A stretch of DNA of 33,231 nucleotides. It comes from a virus. Taxonomy: Duplodnaviria; Caudoviricetes. Both the position numbers and the translations under genes were made by a program. Below the pieces are notes generated by a model. That model was not told the origin of the DNA and made no database searches. It was given only the letters and a program-made list of their open reading frames with translations. This document shows, one piece after another, positions 1 through 13,938 of this stretch (positions within the stretch are counted from its first letter, which is position 1; the number at the start of each line of letters is the position of its first letter). Where the stretch lies: positions 1 to 33,231 of IMG/VR virus record IMGVR_UViG_3300048577_000453. The stretch is one strand, 5' to 3'.

Positions 1-381
1 TATTGCTGCCCTGAGCACGCCTCCATCGCCGTCTCCATGCGCGCGGCCGGGATCAGGACGCAGGCCGAGTATTGGGCCGAGGTCAACCGCATGCGCCAGT
101 GCCCGTGCTGCGGGCGGATGCTCCCGACCGCCGCCTTCCGGACGGCGAGCGCGGATCACTACAGCCTGCGGCTCGCGGTGACCTGCAAGGACTGCCGGGC
201 GTCCGGAAAATATCGGGGCTGGCGGGCCAAGCAGAGCGGCGAGGTGAGCAGGCGGCACGAGCGGAAGGTCATCGGCGACGACGGCAAGGCCAGGACCATT
301 CACGTCCTGAGTGGTTTTCTCGGGCCGGCGCTGTTTGCCGGCCTGGTCGTGGAGCCCCGGCCCCACGGGGAGGCGGCATGA
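1..381 (+). CDS. Cys-rich (zinc-finger-like) phage protein, 5'-truncated
   Basis: Frame is open from base 1 (YCCPEH...) with CPCC and CKDC motifs. TGA overlaps the next ATG (ATGA at 378-381). Confidence 0.6.
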   Translation, partial: YCCPEHASIAVSMRAAGIRTQAEYWAEVNRMRQCPCCGRMLPTAAFRTASADHYSLRLAVTCKDCRASGKYRGWRAKQSGEVSRRHERKVIGDDGKARTIHVLSGFLGPALFAGLVVEPRPHGEAA

Positions 382-1460
382 ATACCGACATCCGCATCCT
401 CATGTCGTTTCGCGGGCACCGCAAACGCCGGCGGCTTCAGATGCTCCTCGGCGCCGAAGCCGTTCTTTGCTTGATCGACCTCTGGATTGCAGCCGCGGTC
501 TCAAGGCCTCGCGGAATCCTGGACGGTTGGGATGAGCTCGACATCGCGATCGAGGCCGGATGGCAAGGTGATCCGGCCGAGTTTGTCAACGCTCTCGTGA
601 CTTCGGGTTTCCTCGACCGTCAGGGTGACGTCTATGCCCTTCACGACTGGGAGGAAAACCAGCCGTGGGCGGTTGGGGCTGAGGCGAGGTCCGAGAAGGC
701 CAGGCGGGCCGCGCAGGCGAGATGGGGCAAGGCTGAGCAGAGCCAAGAGGATGCCGGGAGCAAGCAGCCGGCATGCCCCGAGCATGCTCCGAGCATGCAT
801 CAAGCATGCGACCAGCATGCTAACCGCAATGCCCCTCTCCTCTCCTCTCCTAAGAAAGAAGAAAAATACAAAGAACCCCCTACCTGTAGTCCTTCCCCCG
901 CCGTGGCACCGGCTGCTGCACCTGACGGTGCAGAGCACGCACAAGACCAGGACGCTTTTTACCTGACCAGGCGCAAACGCAAGCTCAGAGGGCAGCGACT
1001 CGATGCCTTCAACCGCTTTTGGCGTGCTTTTGCCTACCAGAAGGGCAAGGCCGCGGCCGCGGACGCCTGGCTGGACATCCCGGAGCTGACCGACTTGCTT
1101 GTGGCGCAGATCGTAGCGGCCGCCGAGCGCGAGGCAACGGCCCGGCCCGGGCTCCTGACGGCTGGCAGAACGCCGAAGATGGCCCAGGGCTGGATTTCCG
1201 AACGGCGCTGGGAGGATGGGCCGTCATTGCTCCCCATGACACGCGACGGCCCGCCCGGTGACGCCCAACCGCGAACCTACGCCCAGTGTCAGGATGCAGA
1301 GCAGCGCATGATTGCGCGCATGATCAAACCGAGGGACTTCGATGGCAACGCAAGACGTGATCCTCCAGGAGCTGGCCAGGGACAACCTGCTTTACGGCTC
1401 GAAGCGGGGTACGGAGACGCTGGAACAGGCCGCGGAGGTGTGGGCCGAGACCCTGGGTGA
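378..1460 (+). CDS. Phage replication initiator (lambda O-like organisation)
   Basis: GGAGG RBS before ATG 378. N-terminal H-x-K-xx-RL...LIDLW...LHDWEENQ...AAQARW pattern, central repeat-encoded linker, C-terminal FNRFWRAFAYQKGKAAA...GWISERRWED domain typical of phage replisome organisers. Confidence 0.75.
   Translation: MNTDIRILMSFRGHRKRRRLQMLLGAEAVLCLIDLWIAAAVSRPRGILDGWDELDIAIEAGWQGDPAEFVNALVTSGFLDRQGDVYALHDWEENQPWAVGAEARSEKARRAAQARWGKAEQSQEDAGSKQPACPEHAPSMHQACDQHANRNAPLLSSPKKEEKYKEPPTCSPSPAVAPAAAPDGAEHAQDQDAFYLTRRKRKLRGQRLDAFNRFWRAFAYQKGKAAAADAWLDIPELTDLLVAQIVAAAEREATARPGLLTAGRTPKMAQGWISERRWEDGPSLLPMTRDGPPGDAQPRTYAQCQDAEQRMIARMIKPRDFDGNARRDPPGAGQGQPALRLEAGYGDAGTGRGGVGRDPG
749..880. repeat. 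Iteron-like array and adjacent A-rich tract: putative phage replication origin
   Basis: GCATGC at 771, 782, 793, 804 and 815 (exact 11-bp period), degenerate copies at 749, 760 and 826, then TAAGAAAGAAGAAAAATACAAAGAA at 851-875. Confidence 0.7.
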
Positions 1461-1746
1461 CATGAGCAACGTGGCGTACGTCAAGGCCCATATCCAGGCG
1501 CGGAAGGTCTGTCAGTTCCCACCAACGCCTGCGGACGTGATCGCAGCATACAGAGACCAGGGAGCCCGGCCACTGGCAGGCCATAAGTCGCTGCCTCAGA
1601 GGCCGTTGACCAGACCGGAGACGGCCAAGCGGCACATCGCCAACCTGCGAGCCATGGCCCACGACGAGCCCATGCCCTACGTGGACGAGGCCCTGGACGC
1701 CAACCCCGAGGCCTTCGAGCACTACCACGCGCGGATCAGCCGGTGA
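1342..1746 (+). CDS. Replication protein P/G39P-like helicase loader or inhibitor
   Basis: GAGGGA RBS; W-xxx-L-x-D...FPPTPADV motif; lies directly after the initiator (119-bp overlap). Confidence 0.55.
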   Translation: MATQDVILQELARDNLLYGSKRGTETLEQAAEVWAETLGDMSNVAYVKAHIQARKVCQFPPTPADVIAAYRDQGARPLAGHKSLPQRPLTRPETAKRHIANLRAMAHDEPMPYVDEALDANPEAFEHYHARISR

Positions 1747-1762
1747 GGCGAGGGACAACCGC

Positions 1763-2218
1763 ATGCTGACCGAAACGTGGACCGCCGAGGAGTACCGGGA
1801 GTTCGTGCGCACCGGGCAGGCGCCGGGCGGAAACGTGCCGGCGAAGGTGGAAGCCGTGGCCATCGCCCAGGCTGCGGCAATCGCCCCGGCGCCGGCACCC
1901 ACGCCCGACTTCCTGAAGCCGGTCGCGCCCGCGCCGCGCATGAACAAGACCGAGGCCGCCTTCGCCGCGTACCTGACCGCCCGCGGCCTTACCTGGCAAT
2001 ACGAGGCCCTGAAGCTGAACCTGGGGCATCGCTGCTGGTACACCCCGGACTTCGTCGTCTTCTCCGCCGACCCGCTCCTGTTCGTCGAGGTCAAAGGCTT
2101 CTGGCGCGACGACGCCCGGGCCAAGATCAAGTCGGCCGCCCGCAGGTACCCGGCCTTCCGCTTCGTCGCGGTGCAGCACAAGCGCGGCGCCTGGGTGCCG
2201 GAGGAAATCAAGCCATGA
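1763..2218 (+). CDS. PD-(D/E)XK nuclease (DUF1064 / T7 endonuclease I-like)
   Basis: MNKTE...YE...YTPDF...VEVKG motif series. Confidence 0.75.
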   Translation: MLTETWTAEEYREFVRTGQAPGGNVPAKVEAVAIAQAAAIAPAPAPTPDFLKPVAPAPRMNKTEAAFAAYLTARGLTWQYEALKLNLGHRCWYTPDFVVFSADPLLFVEVKGFWRDDARAKIKSAARRYPAFRFVAVQHKRGAWVPEEIKP

Positions 2219-2343
2219 CCGATTCGCTGGCATGCCCCCTGGAGGTCCACCGTGCCGTGCTGAGCGCGTTTCGCGGCCCCGCCGCCATACATTGTCCGCG
2301 AGGCGACGGAAAGTGTTTTACAGGGCAAGGCAAACGCGAATGA
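2215..2343 (+). CDS. Small hypothetical protein (42 aa)
   Basis: GGAGG RBS and ATGA coupling to the upstream gene; no recognisable motif. Confidence 0.3.
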   Translation: MTDSLACPLEVHRAVLSAFRGPAAIHCPRGDGKCFTGQGKRE

Positions 2344-2382
2344 GAGCCGTATAACTACGTTGGACCTCCTGCCGAGGAAGGC

Positions 2383-2901
2383 ATGACGACGACCATGACC
2401 GACACCGTGACCCGAATCCTGGACTGGATCATCGACATCGAGGACGGGCTCGTGGACGATCCGCGGGACCCTGGCGGGCTGACGAAGTACGGGATCAGCA
2501 AGCGGACGTACCCCGACCTGGACATCGCGGCGCTGACCGAGGCGGACGCCCGGGCCATCTACGTCCGGGACTTCTTGCCGCCATACCTGGCGCTCCCGTG
2601 GCCGCTGTCGCTGCTCTGCACGGACGCCGCGGTGCAGCATGGGCCACATGTTCCGGTGTCTCACCTCCAGCAGGCGGCAAACCGGGTGCACGGGCGCCGG
2701 GTCCTGGCAGTTGACGGCGACCTGGGGCCCCTGACCCTGACGGCCGTGCGAGGCCTCCCGGTCTGGCCCCTGGCCATGCAGGTCGTGAGCCTACGCGTGG
2801 GGCACTACCTCGGCTTGAGGACCTGGCCGGCGCACGGGAAAGGCTGGGCGAGACGGATAGCGGGACTGGTCGAAGTGGCGGGGATGGAGGTGAAAAAATG
2901 A
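2383..2901 (+). CDS. Glycoside hydrolase family 108 muramidase (endolysin, TtsA/ZliS-like) with C-terminal peptidoglycan-binding region
   Basis: IEDGLVDDPRDPGGLTKYGIS, D-x-AVQHG, LQQAAN...VDGDLGPLTL, GKGWARRI. Confidence 0.85.
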   Translation: MTTTMTDTVTRILDWIIDIEDGLVDDPRDPGGLTKYGISKRTYPDLDIAALTEADARAIYVRDFLPPYLALPWPLSLLCTDAAVQHGPHVPVSHLQQAANRVHGRRVLAVDGDLGPLTLTAVRGLPVWPLAMQVVSLRVGHYLGLRTWPAHGKGWARRIAGLVEVAGMEVKK

Positions 2902-3113
2902 GGGATGTCATCGTGTTGAAAGGAGCCATCGCGATTTGCCGGGCAGTGGGCAAGGACCGCCGGGACATCGTCCGGCTGGTCCGCGACGAAAACCTCCCGG
3001 CTTGGCAGGAACAGGGCAAAGGGACCTGGTTTGCGCTGCCCGAAGATCTGAAGGCCTGGGTGGAGAAGCGGGCGCGGTTGTATCTCGAGGAAAGGCCGGG
3101 AACGGAGGAATGA
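2898..3113 (+). CDS. Small winged-HTH DNA-binding protein (excisionase/AlpA-like), possible late regulator
   Basis: 71 aa with LKGAIAICRAVG...LPA...W...EDLKAWV pattern; GGAGG RBS; ATGA coupling. Confidence 0.6.
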   Translation: MRDVIVLKGAIAICRAVGKDRRDIVRLVRDENLPAWQEQGKGTWFALPEDLKAWVEKRARLYLEERPGTEE

Positions 3114-3372
3114 CGAAGACAGAAAAGTACATTGATAACAGGTAATTACAAATAGTTTTTCCACAGGTACGCGCGCACGCGCGCGAGGCGGCGGGCTCGG
3201 CGGCCGAGCGTATCGCCTGCGCACCCGGCGTACGTGACCAATTTTTTCGACTTGACTCCCGAGGCAACACGGGAAACAAGAACTTTTCGAATCACTCATA
3301 TTTGTCATTGTGAATTGTTGGCAAAAGCAAAGCGAGTCGCCGCTCATGACACGATTTCATCGCGCCGAGTGC

Positions 3373-4029
3373 ATGAATATTTTCAAATCATGTTGCGTAG
3401 TTGCCGGAGTTTTACTCCTGCTCGGTCTCTGCCTTGCGGCCGAAGCCTCCGCCGCGAGGTACGACTTTTCGTATAGCGGCAAGTCGCGTTTGGGGGCCGT
3501 GGCGGAATACAACGGCTCGACCGCGACCGGGCTCCGCCAGGACCTCTCCCATGATGCCGCCGGAAACGTCACGGTCCTCGCCAAAACCGGTGGCATCGCG
3601 GACAGCGACGGCGACGGCATGCCCGACGACTGGGAGACACAATACGGCCTGAATCCGGCCCTGAATGATGCCGGCTTGGATACAGATGGGGATGGCCTGA
3701 CCAATTTGCAGGAATATCAGTACGGCACCGATCCTACCAAACAAGACACGGACAACGATGGCTTGAGCGACGCTGTCGAGGTCAATGACAACAACATCTG
3801 GACTTCTCCACTCGCCAAGGACACCGACCAGGACGGCATGGCCGACGGCTGGGAGGACACCTACGGCTTCGACCTGAGCATTGACGACGGCCAGGGCGAC
3901 GCCGACGGCGACGGCTACACCAATGTCCAGGAATACACCGGCCATTCCGACCCGAACGACCCGGCCTCCCTGCCGTCGTGGCGAGTCATCCCCTATCTCC
4001 TGCTCATATTCGACGAAGAAGCTGAATAG
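3373..4029 (+). CDS. Secreted protein with thrombospondin type 3-like Ca-binding repeats and an N-terminal YD-like segment
   Basis: Signal peptide ending AEASA; five DxDxDG motifs (DSDGDG, DTDGDG, DTDNDG, DTDQDG, DADGDG); C-terminal IPYLLLIF. Start could alternatively be 3346. Confidence 0.8.
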   Translation: MNIFKSCCVVAGVLLLLGLCLAAEASAARYDFSYSGKSRLGAVAEYNGSTATGLRQDLSHDAAGNVTVLAKTGGIADSDGDGMPDDWETQYGLNPALNDAGLDTDGDGLTNLQEYQYGTDPTKQDTDNDGLSDAVEVNDNNIWTSPLAKDTDQDGMADGWEDTYGFDLSIDDGQGDADGDGYTNVQEYTGHSDPNDPASLPSWRVIPYLLLIFDEEAE

Positions 4030-4046
4030 CCGAGGCCGAGGACACC

Positions 4047-9710
<5,664 letters not shown>

Positions 9711-9725
9711 CAGGTGACGACCTCC

Positions 9726-10016
9726 ATGAATATTAAAAGAATATTGCTGTGGCTTATTTTTGCCTCATGCATTTTATATATAGCCTGGATGTTGCCGAGT
9801 ATGCTTTTCAGTTTCCGCGAATATATCGTCAATGTTGGTTCTATTGGAAAATTGCAATTATTCAATTTTGTTTTTATGTTAATATACTGCTCCGTGTTTG
9901 CCGCGCTTGGCTATAGATTGGCACTTAAAAGGCATAAAAATATTTTATTCTGGACAATAATTTGCGGAGTGACAGGCTTTTGGGGTTGGCTTTATCTTTA
10001 TTTAAAAAAAAGGTAA
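9726..10016 (+). CDS. Putative immunity protein, small multi-TM membrane protein
   Basis: Immediately follows the RHS stop and shares its AT-rich composition; about three hydrophobic segments; AGGTGA RBS before ATG 9726 (alternative GTG 9714). Confidence 0.7.
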   Translation: MNIKRILLWLIFASCILYIAWMLPSMLFSFREYIVNVGSIGKLQLFNFVFMLIYCSVFAALGYRLALKRHKNILFWTIICGVTGFWGWLYLYLKKR

Positions 10017-10249
10017 TTTAATAATTTATTTTAATACTGTTCATCTAGGCATATAGCCAGAAACGGCGATGGGGCGAATAATGCCCAGCAAGTCATTCTT
10101 GGTTAGTTAGGAATACCTTAACGTTGTTTTGAAGAGGATTAACGCTCCAAACACTCTCCCGACTCCCTGTCAATATGCTCTTTCCGTCTTCTAGAATGTC
10201 ATTTTTGTCTTCTGACGTCCTAGCCTAAAAACCCCCCTTACCATCCGCA

Positions 10250-10370
10250 CCATCTGCGCCATGGGTTTGCCCGGCGTAGGTGGGCGCGGCTTTTGTTCCT
10301 CGGCTGTCTCCTGCCTGCCCGGGCCACCATGGTCCGGGTTTTTGTTTTCAAACGGCAAACAGGAGACAGC
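10250..10370 (+). promoter_or_regulatory. Structured leader with two hairpins, one sequestering the RBS of the gene at 10374
   Basis: CCATCTGCGCC (10250-10260) pairs with GGCGTAGGTGG (10273-10283). GCTGTCTCCTG (10303-10313) is the exact reverse complement of CAGGAGACAGC (10360-10370), which contains the AGGAG RBS. Confidence 0.6.
10318..10348 (+). terminator. Intrinsic terminator-like hairpin upstream of the late operon
   Basis: CCCGGGCCA-cca-TGGTCCGGG stem followed by TTTTTGTTTT. Confidence 0.6.
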
Positions 10371-10373
10371 GAC

Positions 10374-11081
10374 ATGCTTTCTACCATCGGCGCGTGGATC
10401 ATTGCGAACAAGGTGGCGGTGGGGACCATCGGGTTGTGGGCGGCGGAGCAGCTTGTGCGGATGCTGCCCGTCTCCTGGAACGGCATCGTCTACGACTCGA
10501 TCAAGTTCATCCTGCAGCGGGCCGGGGTGATCAAGAGCGACGTCCTCGGGCTGGTCATGGTCTGCGGGCTGACCCTCGGGCTGGCCGTGACCATGGCCGG
10601 GTGCTCGGTCCTCTCCACGGCCTCGACCGTGACCTACCCTGAGGCCTGCACCGATTCCACCACCTCGGCGGACTCGATCCTGATGCAGCTGGACGACCCC
10701 TACACCCTGGGGGCGGCGATCAAGCTGGCCAACGCCGCGGCCATCACCGCAGGGGCCTACGCGGCCCAGGACGGCTACGACGTGTGCGTGAAGATCGAAG
10801 CCTTCCTCGAGACCGATTCGCCGACCTGGTCCGACTTCGCCACGCTCGTTCAAGCCGAGGTCAGCGACGCCAACGCCAAGGCCGGGCAAATCGTGCTGCT
10901 CGCGTCCGCGGTGCTGGGCACGTCCGGAGTGCTGGACCAGGCCATCACCATGAACGCCTGCGACGTGGCTTTGTCGGTCGAGCTCCTGGACGAGCTGGAG
11001 GCGACCTTCGTTGCCCTGGGCGCATCGGCGACCGAAACCGAGACGGCCAGCACGACCACGACCACGGCGGCCTCGGAGTAA
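10374..11081 (+). CDS. Membrane protein: holin-like N-terminus, internal lipobox-like motif, acidic helical domain
   Basis: AGGAG RBS; hydrophobic N-terminal segments; LAVTMAG-C lipobox-like motif; Thr-rich tail. Confidence 0.6.
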   Translation: MLSTIGAWIIANKVAVGTIGLWAAEQLVRMLPVSWNGIVYDSIKFILQRAGVIKSDVLGLVMVCGLTLGLAVTMAGCSVLSTASTVTYPEACTDSTTSADSILMQLDDPYTLGAAIKLANAAAITAGAYAAQDGYDVCVKIEAFLETDSPTWSDFATLVQAEVSDANAKAGQIVLLASAVLGTSGVLDQAITMNACDVALSVELLDELEATFVALGASATETETASTTTTTAASE

Positions 11082-11087
11082 GGGACG

Positions 11088-11636
11088 ATGGGCCTGGTGC
11101 TGCAAGCCGGGGACATCTTGGACTTCCACGGCTCGGGCGAGCTGGAGGTGGCGATCCGCTGGGCGGACGAGCGGCCGGGCGACCGCGAGGTCTACGCCAA
11201 CCACGTGGCCATCGCGGTCGGGCCGGACGCAATCGTCGAGGCGCTGTGGACCGTCCAGGAGCATGCCTACGCGGACGTGGCCGGAGGGGTGCACGAGGTC
11301 TGGAGGCATGCGGACCTGTCCGAGGCGCAGCGCGCGGCCTTGGCCGGCGCGGCCCGGGCCTACGTCGGGCGCAGGTACGGCCTGGTCAAGCTCGCGGCGC
11401 ACTTCGGGGACTGCATGCTGGGCAAGGTGACCGGCCGGGAGGTCTACCTCTTCCGGCGCCTGGCCCACTTCGACGCCTACCCGATCTGCAGCTGGGTTGT
11501 GGCCTGGGCCTACTGGAAGGCGCTCGGCGTCACCTTCGGCTGCGAGCCCAACGCGGCGGCCCCGCACGACATCCGCGCCTACATGTTGCGCACCCCGGGC
11601 TGGCTGTGCCTGGCCAAGGTGGAGGCCGCGGCATGA
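11088..11636 (+). CDS. Permuted papain-like NlpC/P60 enzyme (YiiX/YebB, peptidase C92-like)
   Basis: LQAGDIL, NHVAI (His), YVGRRY, ICSWVVAWAY (Cys), PHDI in the permuted order. Confidence 0.8.
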   Translation: MGLVLQAGDILDFHGSGELEVAIRWADERPGDREVYANHVAIAVGPDAIVEALWTVQEHAYADVAGGVHEVWRHADLSEAQRAALAGAARAYVGRRYGLVKLAAHFGDCMLGKVTGREVYLFRRLAHFDAYPICSWVVAWAYWKALGVTFGCEPNAAAPHDIRAYMLRTPGWLCLAKVEAAA

Positions 11637-11947
11637 GCGAACAGGGCAAGGACGCCGTCGGCGAGCTGTGGAAGGCCGTAAACGACCTGCACAAGGGCCA
11701 GAGCACGCTTGAGGCCGAGGTCAAGGCCGGGTTCGCGCGGATCGAGACGTTGCTCACTGAACGCTGCGAGGCGCGCATGGACCGGATTGTGCGGCTGGAG
11801 AAGACCGACGAGGACCACGCGAAGCGCCTGGGCAAGGTTGAGAAGACGCTTGAGCGGATCAGCGTCAAGTTGGCCCTCATCGCCGGTCTGGGGGCTCTCG
11901 TGGGTAGCGCAATCGTCACCTGGCTCTTCCGGATTCTGGGGGGCTGA
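11633..11947 (+). CDS. Coiled-coil protein with C-terminal TM helix (XhlA/holin-like)
   Basis: GGAGG RBS and ATGA coupling; heptad-like RIVRLEK...RLGKVEK followed by LALIAGLGALVGSAIVTWLF. Confidence 0.65.
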   Translation: MSEQGKDAVGELWKAVNDLHKGQSTLEAEVKAGFARIETLLTERCEARMDRIVRLEKTDEDHAKRLGKVEKTLERISVKLALIAGLGALVGSAIVTWLFRILGG

Positions 11948-11951
11948 GGCC

Positions 11952-12413
11952 ATGGCCAAGGCGACGGGAAAGCAAAGCGTCAAGAGGGAAAGGAAGCCAG
12001 GCCGGCCGACGCTGTACAGTCCGGAGCTCGCGGAGACCATCTGCAACCGCATCGCGTGCGGCAAGTCTTTGGTGTCCGTCTGCAAGGCTCTCCGGCTGGA
12101 CTACAGCACCGTCGCCAAGTGGCTTTGCATGCCGGAGAACGAAGAATTCCGGGCCATGTACACGTTCGCTCACAAACTTCAAGCCGGGTATCTCGCCGGA
12201 GAAATGAAGGACATCGCGGACAAGACCAGGGACCCGCAGAAGGCTCGGCTTCAGGTCGATACCCGCAAATGGCTGGCGGCGAAATACGACCCCAAGAAGT
12301 ACGGGGACCACGTGGACGTGGAGCTGAGCGGGTCTACGAGCCACGACGTGTGGGTGCGGCTGCTGACCGAACAGGCCGGAGAGGGGCAAGGCGATGCTGG
12401 CGATGACCGCTGA
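11952..12413 (+). CDS. terS: Terminase small subunit (Sf6 gp1-like)
   Basis: GRPTLYSPELAETICNRIACGKSL...ARLQVDTRKWLAAKYDPKKYGD; precedes TerL. Confidence 0.85.
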   Translation: MAKATGKQSVKRERKPGRPTLYSPELAETICNRIACGKSLVSVCKALRLDYSTVAKWLCMPENEEFRAMYTFAHKLQAGYLAGEMKDIADKTRDPQKARLQVDTRKWLAAKYDPKKYGDHVDVELSGSTSHDVWVRLLTEQAGEGQGDAGDDR

Positions 12414-13926
12414 CGCCGAGCGCGCGCTGCGCCTGCGGCTGATGCGCGACTTTCCCTACTACGCGCAGGCCGCGCTACGCATCCGCTCCAAGTCCGGGGC
12501 CATCGTGCCGCTGACCCTCAACGCCGCCCAGCGCTACCTGCACGGCCGGCTCGAGGCCCAGAAGGCCGAGACGGGCATGGTCCGGGCCTTGATCCTGAAG
12601 GGCCGGCAGCAGGGGTGCAGCACCTACGTGGGCGGGCGGTTCTACCACCGGACGACGCACGGCCGGGGCATCCGGACGTTCATCCTGACCCACGGCAACG
12701 ACGCGACGCAGAATCTCTTCGAGATGGTGCAGCGGTTTCACGAGCACAATCTGCCCGAGCTCAAACCCAGCGTGGGCACCTCGAACCGCAAGGAACTCAT
12801 CTTCAGCGCCCTGGACAGCGGCTACCGCGTGGGCACGGCCGGCTCCCAGGACGTGGGGCGGTCCAGCACGGTGCAGCTCTTCCACGGAAGCGAAGTCGCC
12901 TTCTGGCCCAACGCGGAGAAGCACGCCGCGGGCGTGATGCAGGCCATCCCCAGCGAGCCGGGCACCGAGATCATCCTCGAGTCCACGGCCAATGGCATGG
13001 GCAATTTCTATCACCGCAAATGGCAGCAGGCCGAGCGCGGCGAGGATGCCTTCCAGGCGATTTTCGTGCCCTGGTACTGGCAGGGCGAGTACGCCGCGCC
13101 GGTGCCCGAGGGCTTTGCCCTGAGTGACGAGGAGGCCGAGTACCAGGCGGCCTACGGCCTGACCCCGGAGCAAATGGCCTGGCGGCGGGAGAAGGTGCGC
13201 GAGCTCGGCGACCTGCTCTTCAAGCAGGAGTACCCGGCCAACCCGGCCGAGGCCTTCCAGGTGACGGGCACGAACAGCTTCATCAAGCCCGAGCTGGTCC
13301 TGCGGGCGCGCAAGGCGACGCCGGGCCGCAGCTACGGGGCAGTGGTGGCCGGCTTCGACCCGGCGCAGATCGAGGACGCCGGAGACCGGGACGCCTTCGT
13401 CTACCGCCAGGGGCTCACCCTGTTCGGGCTCGAGTACCACCGCATGGGCTTCGCCGAGAAGCTGGGCTTTCTCACGCGCAAGCTGGAGGCCAACGTGCCG
13501 CGCATCGACATGCTCTTCATCGATTTCGGCGGGGGCGGGCACGAGCTGACCTCGATGCTCATCGAGCGCGGCTTCGGCGGCCGGGTGCGAGTGGTGAACT
13601 TCGGCGCGGCCGCGAGCGAGCCGCAGAAGTACGCGAACCGCCGGGCCGAGATGTGGGACCGCTGCCGGGCCTGGCTTGCGGCCGACGACGCGCCGGCCTC
13701 AATCCCGGACGACGACGCCCTGCACGCGGACCTGGTGGCGCCGGGCTTCAAGTACGACAGCCGCACCCGGTTGCAGCTGGAGAGCAAGGACGACATCCGC
13801 GCCCGGGGGCTGGCGAGCCCGGACGGCGGCGACGCAATGGTCCTGACCTTCGCCGAGCCGGTGTACCGGGCGCACGTGGTGGGCTCGGCCAGGAACAAGG
13901 CGAAGACCGACTACAAGGTGCTGTGA
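12394..13926 (+). CDS. terL: Terminase large subunit
   Basis: LNAAQ, Walker A LKGRQQGCST, Walker B LFHGSEVAFW, ILESTANG, KQEYP, nuclease GFDPA...SPDGGDA. Confidence 0.92.
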   Translation: MLAMTADAERALRLRLMRDFPYYAQAALRIRSKSGAIVPLTLNAAQRYLHGRLEAQKAETGMVRALILKGRQQGCSTYVGGRFYHRTTHGRGIRTFILTHGNDATQNLFEMVQRFHEHNLPELKPSVGTSNRKELIFSALDSGYRVGTAGSQDVGRSSTVQLFHGSEVAFWPNAEKHAAGVMQAIPSEPGTEIILESTANGMGNFYHRKWQQAERGEDAFQAIFVPWYWQGEYAAPVPEGFALSDEEAEYQAAYGLTPEQMAWRREKVRELGDLLFKQEYPANPAEAFQVTGTNSFIKPELVLRARKATPGRSYGAVVAGFDPAQIEDAGDRDAFVYRQGLTLFGLEYHRMGFAEKLGFLTRKLEANVPRIDMLFIDFGGGGHELTSMLIERGFGGRVRVVNFGAAASEPQKYANRRAEMWDRCRAWLAADDAPASIPDDDALHADLVAPGFKYDSRTRLQLESKDDIRARGLASPDGGDAMVLTFAEPVYRAHVVGSARNKAKTDYKVL

Positions 13927-13938
13927 GGAGGAATAGCC

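Noticed and set aside
72-377. 5' extension of the 72..1460 ORF
   Set aside because: Overlaps the upstream gene and is low-complexity. RBS and ATGA coupling point to the start at 378.
3110-3145. 11-aa micro-ORF MTKTEKYIDNR coupled to the HTH stop
   Set aside because: GGAGG is only 1 nt from the ATG, and the ORF is too short to support.
3252-3333. Promoter candidates for the toxin cassette (TTGACT at 3252; sigma54-like TGGCA...AAGC at 3319-3333)
   Set aside because: No acceptable -10 at 17 bp from TTGACT. The GG-N10-GC spacing fits sigma54, but the -12 element is AAGC rather than TTGC.
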